From: Chloroflexota bacterium
GTDB lineage: Bacteria; Chloroflexota; UBA11872; VXOZ01
Direction: 5' to 3'
DNA length: 64,000 bases
Assembly (NCBI GenBank): GCA_963662335.2
Contig: CAXXVD010000005.1
Location: forward strand, 1-64,000
A model generated the notes under the pieces. The model saw only the letters and a list, made by a program, of their open reading frames with translations, was not told the origin of the DNA and did not search any database. This document shows positions 10,802-20,194 of the stretch, piece by piece. Numbering within the stretch: position 1 is the stretch's first letter; every line of letters begins with the position of its first letter. The position numbers were made by a program, and so were the translations under genes.

Positions 10802-10993
10802 CTCGCCGCTTACCCCCTTGCCGCGAATATCGTGTGTTGTGCTCGCGCGCTACGCTGTTTCACCATTATAGTGGATTCGCCATGGCCCTTGGCTTGCGCG
10901 CGTAGGGGTTGTGGCATAATCGAACGTGGGTCGGGAGAGTTACCCGGCTTGTAGCGCGCCGCGGCCGGGAAGCGTGCCAAGGAAGTCCGCAGT

Positions 10994-11872
10994 ATGCCCG
11001 AAAAGGTGTTGTTCGATACGGACATCGGCACCGACATCGATGATGCCGTGTGCCTGGCGTACCTGTTGGCGCAGCCGGCGTGCGAATTGCTCGGCATCAC
11101 CACCGTGAGCGGTGAAGCGCAGCAGCGCGCCATGCTGGCCAGCGCCGTGTGCAAGGCGGCTGGCAGAGACGTGCCAATCTACCCCGGCGCGGAAGAACCG
11201 CTGCTGATTGCGCAAAAGCAACCCAAGGCGCAGCAAGCGGATGCCCTTGGCGAGTTGCCGCACGACACGGCGTTTCCGCAAGGCGCGGCGGTGGAGTTTC
11301 TGCGCACAACCGTGCGGGCACATCCGGGTGAGGTCACGCTGCTCGCCGTGGGCCCACTGACCAACGTCGCGCTGCTCTTTCGGGCGGACCCGGAGATTCC
11401 GCGCTTGCTCAAGGGCTTGGCGCTCATGTGCGGACAGTTCTTTGGGCGCGCGGCGGGACGGGGCTTAGTGGAGTGGAACGCCTCCTGCGATCCCCATGCC
11501 GCGGCCATTGTCTACCGGAGCGCAGTTGCCAGTCATCGCTCGCATGGCCTCGACGTCACGAGCCAGGTACGAATGCCGGCGGCTGAAGTGCGCGCCCGTT
11601 TTCAAGCGCCCGCGCTGCGGCCGGTGGCCGCGTTTGCGGAAGTCTTCTTCCAGCGGCGCGACGAAATCACGTTTCACGATCCGCTGGCGGCAACGACGAT
11701 CTTCGATGACAGTATCTGCACGTACGCGAGCGGCAACGCGGCAGTTGAGTTGGAAAGCCGGCGCCTGGCCGGCTTCACGCACTGGCAGCCGGACAAGTCC
11801 GGCTGCCATCAAGTGGCGGACACCGTGGACGCCGCACGATTCTTTGCGCACTATTTCTCAGTTTTCGAGTGA
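10994..11872 (+). CDS. Nucleoside hydrolase (IU-NH family)
   Basis: [34 protein letters not shown]. Confidence 0.92.
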   Translation: MPEKVLFDTDIGTDIDDAVCLAYLLAQPACELLGITTVSGEAQQRAMLASAVCKAAGRDVPIYPGAEEPLLIAQKQPKAQQADALGELPHDTAFPQGAAVEFLRTTVRAHPGEVTLLAVGPLTNVALLFRADPEIPRLLKGLALMCGQFFGRAAGRGLVEWNASCDPHAAAIVYRSAVASHRSHGLDVTSQVRMPAAEVRARFQAPALRPVAAFAEVFFQRRDEITFHDPLAATTIFDDSICTYASGNAAVELESRRLAGFTHWQPDKSGCHQVADTVDAARFFAHYFSVFE

Positions 11873-11883
11873 GGAGAAAACGC

Positions 11884-12360
11884 ATGTTCCAGGGCAAAGT
11901 GCTTGCTATCTACACCGCTCCGGCGCGTAAGGAGCCGATGGTTGCGCACCAGGAGGTGCGGGTGGTGCCGGGCAAGGGCATCGAGGGTGACCGCTACTAC
12001 ATTGGCAACGCAACGTACTCGGACCGCGCCGGGCCGCACCGGGAATTGACGCTGATCGAGAGCGAAACCCTGGATGCCCTGGAACGGGAATACGGGTATC
12101 GCCTGGAGCCGGCACTCTCCCGCCGCAACGTCCTGGTTTCCGGCGTGCCCCTCAACCACCTCATCGAGCGTGAGTTTACGATTGGGGGCGTACGTTTGCG
12201 AGGGCTGCTCCTGTGCGAGCCCTGCGCGAACTTGGCGGAAACCAGCGGACACGCACACATCATCAATCACCTCATGCACCGGGGCGGCCTGCGCGCCGAG
12301 ATTCTGACGGAAGGTAAAATCCGCGTTGGCGCGTACATCTTGCCGGCCGGTGATGGCTAA
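11884..12360 (+). CDS. MOSC domain protein
   Basis: GIEGDRY, RRNVLV, CEPC, RGGLRAEILTEGKIRVG. Confidence 0.9.
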   Translation: MFQGKVLAIYTAPARKEPMVAHQEVRVVPGKGIEGDRYYIGNATYSDRAGPHRELTLIESETLDALEREYGYRLEPALSRRNVLVSGVPLNHLIEREFTIGGVRLRGLLLCEPCANLAETSGHAHIINHLMHRGGLRAEILTEGKIRVGAYILPAGDG

Positions 12361-12425
12361 CGCCTATCGAAACACTTTGCACTCAATCTGAGCATACTTG
12401 CCAAGTCGCTGTCGAAATCGAAAAT

Positions 12426-12607
12426 CCGTTCACCCTGAGCCTGTCGAAGGGTCGGAGCGTCCAACCCGCAGAATCTAGACCCGGCGCACAGACCCTACCG
12501 TTTACCCTGAGCCTGTCGAAGGGTCGAAGCGTCCAATCAGCAGACTCAAGGCCCGGTGCGCAGACTCTACCGAGCGTGCTTCGACAGGCTCAGCACGAAC
12601 GGTAGGG
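12426..12607. repeat. REP-like family 1 (CCGTTCACCCTGAGCCTGTCGAAGGG): two 72-bp tandem units plus an inverted copy
   Basis: Units start at 12426 and 12498; inverted CTTCGACAGGCTCAGCACGAACGG at 12579-12602; lies between convergent genes. Confidence 0.88.
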
Positions 12608-12618
12608 CAAGCAATCCC

Positions 12619-13389
12619 CTACGCCGTCTTGTAGCCCAGCGTGCCGCCGCCGTCGGCGTAGAGTTCCGTGCCGGTCACGAACGACGCCTCATCCGAGACC
12701 AGGAAGAGCGCGGCGTTGGCCATTTCCTCCGGCGTAGAAATGTAGCCCAGGGGATGCCGGGCCGCCACGCTGGCGCGCATGGCGTCCGGATCCGGTTGCA
12801 AATTGATGAAGTAATTCATCAACGGCGTGGTGACGCTGGCGGGACAGAGTGTGTTGGCGCGCACGCCGTACGGGGCGCAATCCAGCGCCAACGCTTTGGT
12901 GAAAGCAATCACCGCGCCTTTGGAGGCGCAGTAGGCAATCGAGTGCGGCTGCGCGTGCACACCGACCATCGAGGACACGTTGAGGATGACGCCTTTCGTC
13001 TCTTTCAAGGCGGGCAGCCCGTGCTTGCACGTCCAGAAGAGACTCTTGACGTTGATGTCCATGATGCGGTCCCACTCGTCTTCGGTGGTGTCTTCAACGT
13101 CGTTGTCTACGAAGATCGCGGCGTTGTTGACGAGAATGTGCAGCGCGCCAAACGCTTCATGCGTGTCCGCTAGCATAGCGCGCACGTCGTCTTCGCGTGA
13201 AACGTCGGCAGCGATAGCGTGCGCCCGCCCGCCCGCCTGGCGGACGGCGGCCGCAACGCCTTCAGCGCCTTCCCGGTTCAGGTCGGCAATGGCAATGGCC
13301 GCTCCCTCCGCGGCAAAGCGCTTGGCCATGGCTTCGCCAATGCCGCTGCCCCCGCCGGTTATCAGTGCAACTTTGTCCCGCAATCGCAT
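12619..13389 (-). CDS. SDR family NAD(P)-dependent oxidoreductase
   Basis: TGGGSGIG, NNAA, YCASK; start set at MRLRDKV with a GGAG RBS. Confidence 0.93.
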   Translation of the reverse strand: MRLRDKVALITGGGSGIGEAMAKRFAAEGAAIAIADLNREGAEGVAAAVRQAGGRAHAIAADVSREDDVRAMLADTHEAFGALHILVNNAAIFVDNDVEDTTEDEWDRIMDINVKSLFWTCKHGLPALKETKGVILNVSSMVGVHAQPHSIAYCASKGAVIAFTKALALDCAPYGVRANTLCPASVTTPLMNYFINLQPDPDAMRASVAARHPLGYISTPEEMANAALFLVSDEASFVTGTELYADGGGTLGYKTA

Positions 13390-13698
13390 TCCGATGCTCC
13401 TTTGGATAGATTGGCTGCTGTGCGCTGCCGTATCAGCCTGGCGCAGCCGTAGCAATTCCTCTTGCGCAATTATAGCGGTTGGGGTTCTCTGCCACGACGC
13501 GCACCCGGTACGGGAGCGAGCGGCAATTGACGGTCGCCAATGCGGCAAGTAGCATTCAGAGTGAAGAGCGCCGCCTGGGACGTTAGGGGCAGTGTCCCGT
13601 TGTGAGGCGGCGCCAGGCAGTCAGAAAATCATTGGAGCGAACCCGCGCTCGAGGCAGGCGGCCGATAGGCGTTGCCGGAGCGGACTTCTGCCTTGGCG

Positions 13699-13844
13699 CA
13701 AGAGGCGGGGGACAAGCCCCCGCGCCACCAAACAGCAGGGCAGCGCGGGAGCGCGGCGCGACGGCAGAACAAGAGGCGGGGGACAAGCCCCCGCGCTACC
13801 GAATCACGGCGCTGTGCGCGAGCGCGGCTCGGCGGCAGAGCAAG
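13699..13844. repeat. REP-like family 2 (GTAG-type, GTAGCGCGGGGGCTTGTCCCCCGC): two 71-bp tandem units
   Basis: CAAGAGGCGGGGGACAAGCCCCCGCGCYAC at 13699 and 13770, degenerate spacers, CAAG again at 13841. Confidence 0.85.
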
Positions 13845-13848
13845 CACT

Positions 13849-15054
13849 ATGAGCGGCACAATACTCGTCGGACAATCGGGCGGTTCCACCGCCACGCTGA
13901 GCGTAACGCTGGCGGGCGTGCTCGAAGCGGCGTCGCAGAGCGGGGCCATTGACCGCGTCTACGGGATGCGCAATGGCATCGAGGGCGTGCTGCGGGAAGA
14001 GTTCATTGACATAACGGACGTCTCAGCAACGGATTTGCGCGCGCTTCGCCGGACTCCATCCGCCGCCCTCGGTTCGTGCCGCTACGCGCTGGCGGAATCT
14101 GACGCCGAGCGCGCAATGGACGTGCTGCGCGCCCACGACGTGCGTTACTTCATCTATATTGGCGGCAACGGCTCGGCGCTGACGGTGCAGTCCGTCACGC
14201 GCTGGGCGGACGCGAGCGGCTACGAGTTGCACGCCATTGCCGCGCCGAAGACGATTGACAATGACCTCTGGGGCACTGACCATACGCCGGGCTACGGCAG
14301 CGCGGCGCGGTTCGCGGCGCTGGCCGCCATGGACGGCGGCGCCGATTCCTGGGCGCTGCGTACCCACGACCAGGTGAAGATTCTCGAGACGTTTGGCCGC
14401 AACACCGGCTGGGTCACCGCCGCGACCGCGCTGGCAAAGCGCGACGAGGCGGATCCGCCGCACCTTATCTTCGTTCCCGAACGCCCGCTGACGCCGGAGC
14501 GGTTCTTGCAAGACGTCCAGGAGGCCTATGACCGCTATGGCTACGCGCACGTCGCCGTCTGCGAGGGACTGCGCCGCCCGGACGGCAGCCTGCTCTTCGC
14601 CTCGGAGCGCGCCGTAGACCAGGACGCCTTTGGCCGCGGCCAGCTTGGCGGCGTGAGCAGCATTTTGTCGGAGTTGGTGGCGAGCGAATTGGGACTCAAG
14701 AGCCGCACCGACAAACCGGGTACCATGCAGCGCGCCTGCATCTCCCTGGCTTCGAGCGTAGACCTAGACGAATCCTTTCGCGTCGGCAAAGCGGCGGTAG
14801 CGGCGGCAACGGCCGGCGAGACGGGCAAGATGGTTGCCTTGAAACGGGCTCCCGGCGCGGAATACGCAGTGAGCACCGGTCTGGTCAGCGTCGCTGAAGT
14901 GGCCGGCAAGGAACGCCCGCTGCCGGACGCCTTTCTGAATCATGCGGGAAACTTCGTAACCCCAGCGTTCCTGGACTACGCGCGGCCGTTGCTTGGTGAA
15001 CCGCTGCCGGCGTACGCCCGCCTGCAAGCGCCCGCCGTCGCCAAGCGCGCTTGA
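13849..15054 (+). CDS. PfkA-family 6-phosphofructokinase (PRK14072-like clade) with atypical motifs
   Basis: GQSGG, LGSCRY, IGGNGS, PKTIDNDL, HTPGYGSAA, ETFGRNTGW, DAFG. Confidence 0.87.
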   Translation: MSGTILVGQSGGSTATLSVTLAGVLEAASQSGAIDRVYGMRNGIEGVLREEFIDITDVSATDLRALRRTPSAALGSCRYALAESDAERAMDVLRAHDVRYFIYIGGNGSALTVQSVTRWADASGYELHAIAAPKTIDNDLWGTDHTPGYGSAARFAALAAMDGGADSWALRTHDQVKILETFGRNTGWVTAATALAKRDEADPPHLIFVPERPLTPERFLQDVQEAYDRYGYAHVAVCEGLRRPDGSLLFASERAVDQDAFGRGQLGGVSSILSELVASELGLKSRTDKPGTMQRACISLASSVDLDESFRVGKAAVAAATAGETGKMVALKRAPGAEYAVSTGLVSVAEVAGKERPLPDAFLNHAGNFVTPAFLDYARPLLGEPLPAYARLQAPAVAKRA

Positions 15055-15104
15055 GTTTCGGTCATCGCAGCGCGAGAGCTAGTCCTCAATGTTGTTGCAT
15101 CAAC

Positions 15105-15128
15105 GTAGCGCGGGGGCTTGTCCCCCGC
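15105..15128. repeat. REP-like family 2, inverted single copy
   Basis: GTAGCGCGGGGGCTTGTCCCCCGC is the reverse complement of the copy in the 13770 unit. Confidence 0.85.
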
Positions 15129-15216
15129 AGCCTTGTGTCGGGGCGTGGGAAGGAGTGCCTCCAGGATTGCAGACGATCATGAGCACGATCCTTTTCAACC
15201 GGAAAGTCGGCGCTGC

Positions 15217-16407
15217 GTGAAGGCACTGAGACTTCTCGCCAAGCCCGCCGCAGGCTTGCCGCACGCGGCCCTCATCCTGAGCACAGGTTTCTTCTTCGTC
15301 TTCATGGGCGCCAGCGCCTTCCAGCAGTTTCTCATTCCCTATCTCACCGGCAAAGGGGCCACGACCGCCTTCCAGGCCGCAACCGTGCTGGCCGTGGTCT
15401 ACATCTCGTTTCTCTTCTGGCGCGCCGTCGTTGCCTATACGCTCTACTACCTGGGAGAGTACTGGAGTACCGTGCTGGGAGCGGCCACGTACTCGCTCTT
15501 TGCCGTCGGCGCGTTTGCGCTCGAACGCTTCGAATTGCTGCTCGTTGCGGCCGCGATGTGGGGTTGGGGCGCGGCGGCGATGTGGATTTCCAGTACCACC
15601 CAACTCCTGGACGCGACGGCCGATACCCACTATGGCCGCGCCAGCGGCTTGCTCTACACGGCGACCACCGGCGGGCAGGCCATCGGTGTGCTCGCACTGG
15701 GAGCGCTCATGAGCGTGGCGGGCGTGGGACTCGGCCCGCCGGTCGCGGCGGCCATCACGGCAATTGGCGTCGCAACCTTCCTGCTCTTGCCCAACCGGCC
15801 CAAACAGCGCGTCAAGCCCCGCATCGCGCCCATCTTTCGCGTGCTCACGGCGCCGCGGACCGGTCTCGCCGCGCTCTTCTTGTTCCTCTCCTCACTCGCC
15901 TTTGGCCTGATTCTGGGCAGTTTCAGCCAAATAATCGGCGGCTCCCAGGGTCACGGCGCTTTGGCGTTGGTTACGGCCGGCTATTGGCTGGTGCGCATCG
16001 TTGGCAGCTATGCCGCCGGTTTCATGGCGGATTGGCTGGGACGGGAGCACGTCCTAATCCTCTCCTTCGGCGTGGCGGGTCTGGGGTTGCTGCTACCGAC
16101 GTTCGTCGGGGGAGCGCTCGCCATGAGCATCGCCGCGCTCGCCATGGGCTTGCTCAATAGCGCCGTGCCGGTGGCGACCAACGCCATGATTGGCGACCTG
16201 ACCGCTTTCGGCAACCGGCATCTCGCTATTGCCTCGCTCTTCGTCTGGCGCGACCTTGGCGTCGGCATTGCGATTCTGGCGGGAGCGGCCATCATTACTT
16301 TGGTTGGCAGCGAGCAGTTGATCTTTGGGCTGTTCAGCGCGGCCTTTCTGGCATCGGCCGGGTTTGCCCAATGGCTGAAGGGACAGCCGCTGGTGAAGAT
16401 GACGTGA
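15217..16407 (+). CDS. MFS transporter
   Basis: About 12 hydrophobic segments; GFMADWLGR motif A in the C-terminal half; GTG start inferred. Confidence 0.88.
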   Translation: MKALRLLAKPAAGLPHAALILSTGFFFVFMGASAFQQFLIPYLTGKGATTAFQAATVLAVVYISFLFWRAVVAYTLYYLGEYWSTVLGAATYSLFAVGAFALERFELLLVAAAMWGWGAAAMWISSTTQLLDATADTHYGRASGLLYTATTGGQAIGVLALGALMSVAGVGLGPPVAAAITAIGVATFLLLPNRPKQRVKPRIAPIFRVLTAPRTGLAALFLFLSSLAFGLILGSFSQIIGGSQGHGALALVTAGYWLVRIVGSYAAGFMADWLGREHVLILSFGVAGLGLLLPTFVGGALAMSIAALAMGLLNSAVPVATNAMIGDLTAFGNRHLAIASLFVWRDLGVGIAILAGAAIITLVGSEQLIFGLFSAAFLASAGFAQWLKGQPLVKMT

Positions 16408-16585
16408 CCGCCCTGCGAAGCGGATGGGCTGTTTGCAAGTGGAAAACGGCCGCGTGGGGAATGCAGGGCAAAGGAGGGGGCGGCTCTACAATGGGTCGCT
16501 GTGTCCGGTTGCGCGGCTCTGCGTTGTGGGAATGCCGCAAGGGCTCTGGCAGGCGCGGGGTGAGCAGAGCGGGCGGTGAAGATTG

Positions 16586-16621
16586 CCCCCTCACCCCGGC
16601 CTTCTCCCCAGGGAAAGGGAG
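16586..16621. repeat. CCCTCACCCC...GGGAAAGGGAG palindromic element (possible fourth REP-like family or terminator)
   Basis: Imperfect palindrome between convergent genes; single copy in this window. Confidence 0.4.
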
Positions 16622-16706
16622 TTAGGATGCAGTTTGGCGCCGCCTGCGCAGAGGTTACTTGATGCGGAAGGCGCGCGCGAGCGCGAAGGCCATGCCCGGT
16701 AGGTTG

Positions 16707-17042
16707 CTATTTCTTCTTGGCCGACGAGGGCTTGCTGGGGGACGAGGACTTGGCGCTGTCGCCTGAGCCTGACTTGGCCGTGCCGGCCGCCTTGGCCTCG
16801 TCGGACTTCTTCTCCATCTTCTCCGACGGCTTCGGCCCGCCCTCTTTTTCGCTCTTGCCGTTGCTCGGGCGGTTGTCGGTCACGTACCAGCCGCTGCCCT
16901 TGAAGATCACGCTGGCGGGATGGAAGACCTTACGCACCGCGCCGGCGCACTGCGGGCAACTTGTGACCGGCGGGTCGCTGAACCGCTGTTGCCGTTCGAA
17001 ACGATGGCTGCAATCGTCGCATTCGTACTCGTACACCGGCAT
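16707..17042 (-). CDS. FmdB family zinc-ribbon protein with low-complexity Lys/Ser tail
   Basis: MPVYEYECDDC...CPQC...IFKGSGWYVTD; GGAGG RBS. Confidence 0.9.
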   Translation of the reverse strand: MPVYEYECDDCSHRFERQQRFSDPPVTSCPQCAGAVRKVFHPASVIFKGSGWYVTDNRPSNGKSEKEGGPKPSEKMEKKSDEAKAAGTAKSGSGDSAKSSSPSKPSSAKKK

Positions 17043-17210
17043 CGAAACTTCGTACCTCCGCGAGCAATATCCGATTTCAATCAACACTACCATAGACCCG
17101 CCAAGACGCAGGCCGGCGCGCTGGGGCGCTCACACAATCCGTCCTTAGACGTACGCGCCAAGCGGACGGCGCACCCTCACAAGTATAACATTCTTCAACG
17201 GCGCTTTTGC

Positions 17211-18224
17211 TCAGCCGGACGTTTCCGGCAGGTGCAGGACGAGCGCTTCCAGGGCCAGGCGGGGGTTGACGTTGGCTCTGATCCAGTCGCGCGCCTCGTG
17301 GATGCGCTTGATTGCGGTCACGCACTCCTGGAGAGAGAAACTGAGACCGGCGGCGCGGCCAAACGCTTGACCGCTTGCGTTGGAGGCGCCGCCTTCCTCC
17401 GCATCGCTGCCTGTGTCCGTTTCCGGCGGCGCGCCCGTGCGGCCCAGAAGGCAAGAGCGCCACCACTCGATCCAAAGATCGAAGAGGCGCTCCAGGTCGG
17501 CCGCTTCATCCAGCAGTTGTTCTACCCATGCGGTGCGCGCGGCCCGGTCTGCCTGGAGGCTCTCCACAAGCGCCCGCACCATTGCTTCTTCCTGCGCGCG
17601 AATCTCAGGATTCGCGGCGGCCTGCAACGCCCAGCCCAGACGTCCCAGGCTGGCCGCCGCCAGAAACGCGGCTTCCTGCTGCGGCGTGCCACGCGCTTCC
17701 AACACGTCCTGCACGACCCGGCGCGGGAGCGCCGTAAGACGCCACACTTGGCAGCGGGAGAGCAGGGTTTGCGGCAGAAGGTGCGTGGATTCGGCAGTGA
17801 GGACAAGCGTATTGTGCGCGGGGGGCTCTTCCAGCGTCTTGAGGAGCCGCTGGCTCGCTTCCGGCTGCAAGAGATGCGCCTCGAGCATGAGCGAGACGCG
17901 CTGCGCCGACTGGTACGGGCGCAATGCCACCGCTTGCTGCAAGGCCGCGATCTGCTCCATGCGGATGGACTTGCGGCCTTCTTCCAACTGCACCAGATGG
18001 AAGTCGGCATGCTGCCGGCGAGAGACGCCTTTGCACGCCAGGCACTCCCAGCACGGATCCTCGCGGCGCTCATCGCACAGGAGCGCTGCGGCCAGGTCAA
18101 GGGCGAGCGTGGTCTTGCCGATTGCTTGCGGGCCCACGAGCAGAATAGCGTGGCTCAACGCGCGCTGCGCAATTGCGCGCTGGAGGAAGCGTTGTACCCG
18201 CTCATGTCCGATCGTGCGCCACAC
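17211..18224 (-). CDS. holB: DNA polymerase III subunit delta'
   Basis: IGHE, HAILLVGPQAIGKTT, C4 zinc module, LLKTLEEPP, TLLSRCQ, NVNPRLALE. Confidence 0.9.
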   Translation of the reverse strand: MWRTIGHERVQRFLQRAIAQRALSHAILLVGPQAIGKTTLALDLAAALLCDERREDPCWECLACKGVSRRQHADFHLVQLEEGRKSIRMEQIAALQQAVALRPYQSAQRVSLMLEAHLLQPEASQRLLKTLEEPPAHNTLVLTAESTHLLPQTLLSRCQVWRLTALPRRVVQDVLEARGTPQQEAAFLAAASLGRLGWALQAAANPEIRAQEEAMVRALVESLQADRAARTAWVEQLLDEAADLERLFDLWIEWWRSCLLGRTGAPPETDTGSDAEEGGASNASGQAFGRAAGLSFSLQECVTAIKRIHEARDWIRANVNPRLALEALVLHLPETSG

Positions 18225-18260
18225 GTGGAGGGCTCCGTTTCAAACGCCGTGGCGGCCCGC

Positions 18261-19508
18261 TCACTGGCAGCGGATGTCGGCCAGAAAGTCCGCCCACCCC
18301 GCGTACTGCTGGGCCTGCGACACGTATCCGTTGAGCACTTCCCCGTAGCCAACGTCATTCCAGCGGCCCGTGGGGCCCCAGAGCGCCTCCCAGAATGCGG
18401 CTTCTACGCGCAGTCCGCCGGCGACCAGCCGCTTGCACGTTTCCGGCGAGCGTTGCAGCGGTACCGGGGAGAGCGACCGCGCTTCCAGATAGGTGGCGAG
18501 GTGCGCCAGCACGGCGGCGATTGCCTCCACGTTGCCTTCCCGCAGCGCCGGATGGAGGTAGATCAACACCCAATTGCCGACATACAGGGCCGCCGTGTCC
18601 AGCACGTCCGGGGCGTAGCCGATGATCACGCCGTCCAGGTAGGGCACGAGATGCGCGGTAACGGTTTCTCCGGCAAGCAGCGCCTTGATCTCGGCAAGCG
18701 CCGTGTCATCCGGCGCGGTGGCCGGGTCCGGTTGCGGGCGCAGCGCCGCCGGCGGAATGAGGCCGGCCTCTTTCAGTAGGTCTCCGGCAAACACCTGGGT
18801 CACCGTGCCGGGCACGGGCAAGCCTGGCACCTCTTCGATCCAGCGTTGGAACGCCGCGCGCTGGAAGCGCTGCACCACGAACGGGCCGATACGCTCCGGC
18901 AGGGACATCGGCAGACCGTAGAGCAGAATCGAGACTTCCAGATTGCCCGGATCTAATGGATTCTGCATGAAGCGCGCGGCAATCCCTTCGTCGAGCATCC
19001 AGGAGAGGCGAATCAGGCGGGATTCCGCGAACGTGGAGCCGCCGTCATCCTCGATCGCCGCCGGTATGCCCCGGTGATAGAGCCAGAGTTCAAGTCCCGT
19101 CGCGTCGATCAACTCGAGGACGTTGGCAAGCGTAATCTCGCCGGTAGCGCCGTGCCAATGGAGGAGCGCGCGCTGCAGTGGCAAGTACATGTCGCCACCC
19201 TGCGCAGCCATATACACCGCCGCCACCGGGTAACCCAGCACCGCCGGGCCGCCCAATTCTTGATACACGGTGTAGAACTGAGGACCGTCGGGCACGTCGG
19301 CCACAACGTAGCCGAATCCCTCGCCGTAGCCGGAGGCTCCGCTATAGAAGCCCTGTGCCGGCTGGGTGTCCGTAGGCGAATCTTCTTGGGCACTAGCGGC
19401 AGCCCCCAGCGGCGGCACACTGAGAAGCGCAAGAGATAGAGCCAGGAGGACGCTGGCAGCGCAGCGCCGCAAGCTATCCGGCAAGTGATTTCGCGGCATG
19501 AGGATCAT
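18261..19508 (-). CDS. Secreted Chloroflexota-type surface protein with degenerate zincin-like C-terminal domain
   Basis: Signal peptide; LGGPAVLGYP and YGLPMS...QRFQRAAFQRW module; AVLAHLATY where HExxH would be expected. Confidence 0.6.
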   Translation of the reverse strand: MILMPRNHLPDSLRRCAASVLLALSLALLSVPPLGAAASAQEDSPTDTQPAQGFYSGASGYGEGFGYVVADVPDGPQFYTVYQELGGPAVLGYPVAAVYMAAQGGDMYLPLQRALLHWHGATGEITLANVLELIDATGLELWLYHRGIPAAIEDDGGSTFAESRLIRLSWMLDEGIAARFMQNPLDPGNLEVSILLYGLPMSLPERIGPFVVQRFQRAAFQRWIEEVPGLPVPGTVTQVFAGDLLKEAGLIPPAALRPQPDPATAPDDTALAEIKALLAGETVTAHLVPYLDGVIIGYAPDVLDTAALYVGNWVLIYLHPALREGNVEAIAAVLAHLATYLEARSLSPVPLQRSPETCKRLVAGGLRVEAAFWEALWGPTGRWNDVGYGEVLNGYVSQAQQYAGWADFLADIRCQ

Positions 19509-20133
19509 CGTTGAATACTGCGCCCACTACGTGCGCGTCGATCTGTTCCAACATCGCTTTGGCGCGCTCTATCTGGCCGCGCCGCGTCTGATTCGCGCGC
19601 ACAACCAAGAGCACGCCGTCAACGTACCGCGCCATTGCCGCGGCATCCGCCGCCAGGAGAATAGGCGGCGTATCCAGAATGACGTGGTCGCAGTCACGCG
19701 CGCTTTGGGCAATGAGTGCGGCCATACGGCGTGAAGCGAGCAGTTCAGGAGCGTGTTCGGGCACGGCTCCGGCGGTTAGCAGATTCAGGCCGCGCGCGCC
19801 GCAATGCTCGTGAAAGGCGGGTCCGCCCTCCGCCCCATCCAAGTAGTCGGCCAGACCCGGTTCCTGGGAGACGGCGAAGGCGGCGTGCAGGCTGGGGGTG
19901 CGCACGTTCGCGTCGATGAGCGCGACGCGGAGACCCATTTGCGCGAGCGCGGAAGCGAGGTTGGCGGCCACGAGACTCTTGCCCTCTTGCGGCGCCGTGC
20001 TCGTTACGAGCAGCGACTTCTGCCCGTGCTCCTCCGCTTGGAAGCGGATGGTGGTGCGCAGGGCCCGAAAGGCCTCGGCCGCGGGACTTGCGGCCTGGCT
20101 CAGTATCGGAAGCGGAACAGACGGTACCGTCAT
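19474..20133 (-). CDS. CpsD/CapB family tyrosine-protein kinase
   Basis: AEAFRALRT, TSTAPQEGKS, IDAN, ILDTPP. Confidence 0.9.
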   Translation of the reverse strand: MTVPSVPLPILSQAASPAAEAFRALRTTIRFQAEEHGQKSLLVTSTAPQEGKSLVAANLASALAQMGLRVALIDANVRTPSLHAAFAVSQEPGLADYLDGAEGGPAFHEHCGARGLNLLTAGAVPEHAPELLASRRMAALIAQSARDCDHVILDTPPILLAADAAAMARYVDGVLLVVRANQTRRGQIERAKAMLEQIDAHVVGAVFNDDPHAAKSLAG

Positions 20134-20194
20134 AGCTCTCCTTGCCTCATCTCGCAAAGCGCCGCCCAGAGACCGCGCTCGCGGGTCATCACGA

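Noticed and set aside
13568-13698. Riboswitch in the pfk leader (GCGCCGCCT/AGGCGGCGC and GAGGCAG/CTGCCTT stems)
   Set aside because: Very GC-rich and adjacent to REP units; no recognisable aptamer core, so chance folding is likely.
12426-13844. CRISPR arrays (71-72-bp periodic repeats)
   Set aside because: Only two units each; the spacers are homologous to each other; inverted copies occur; no cas genes.
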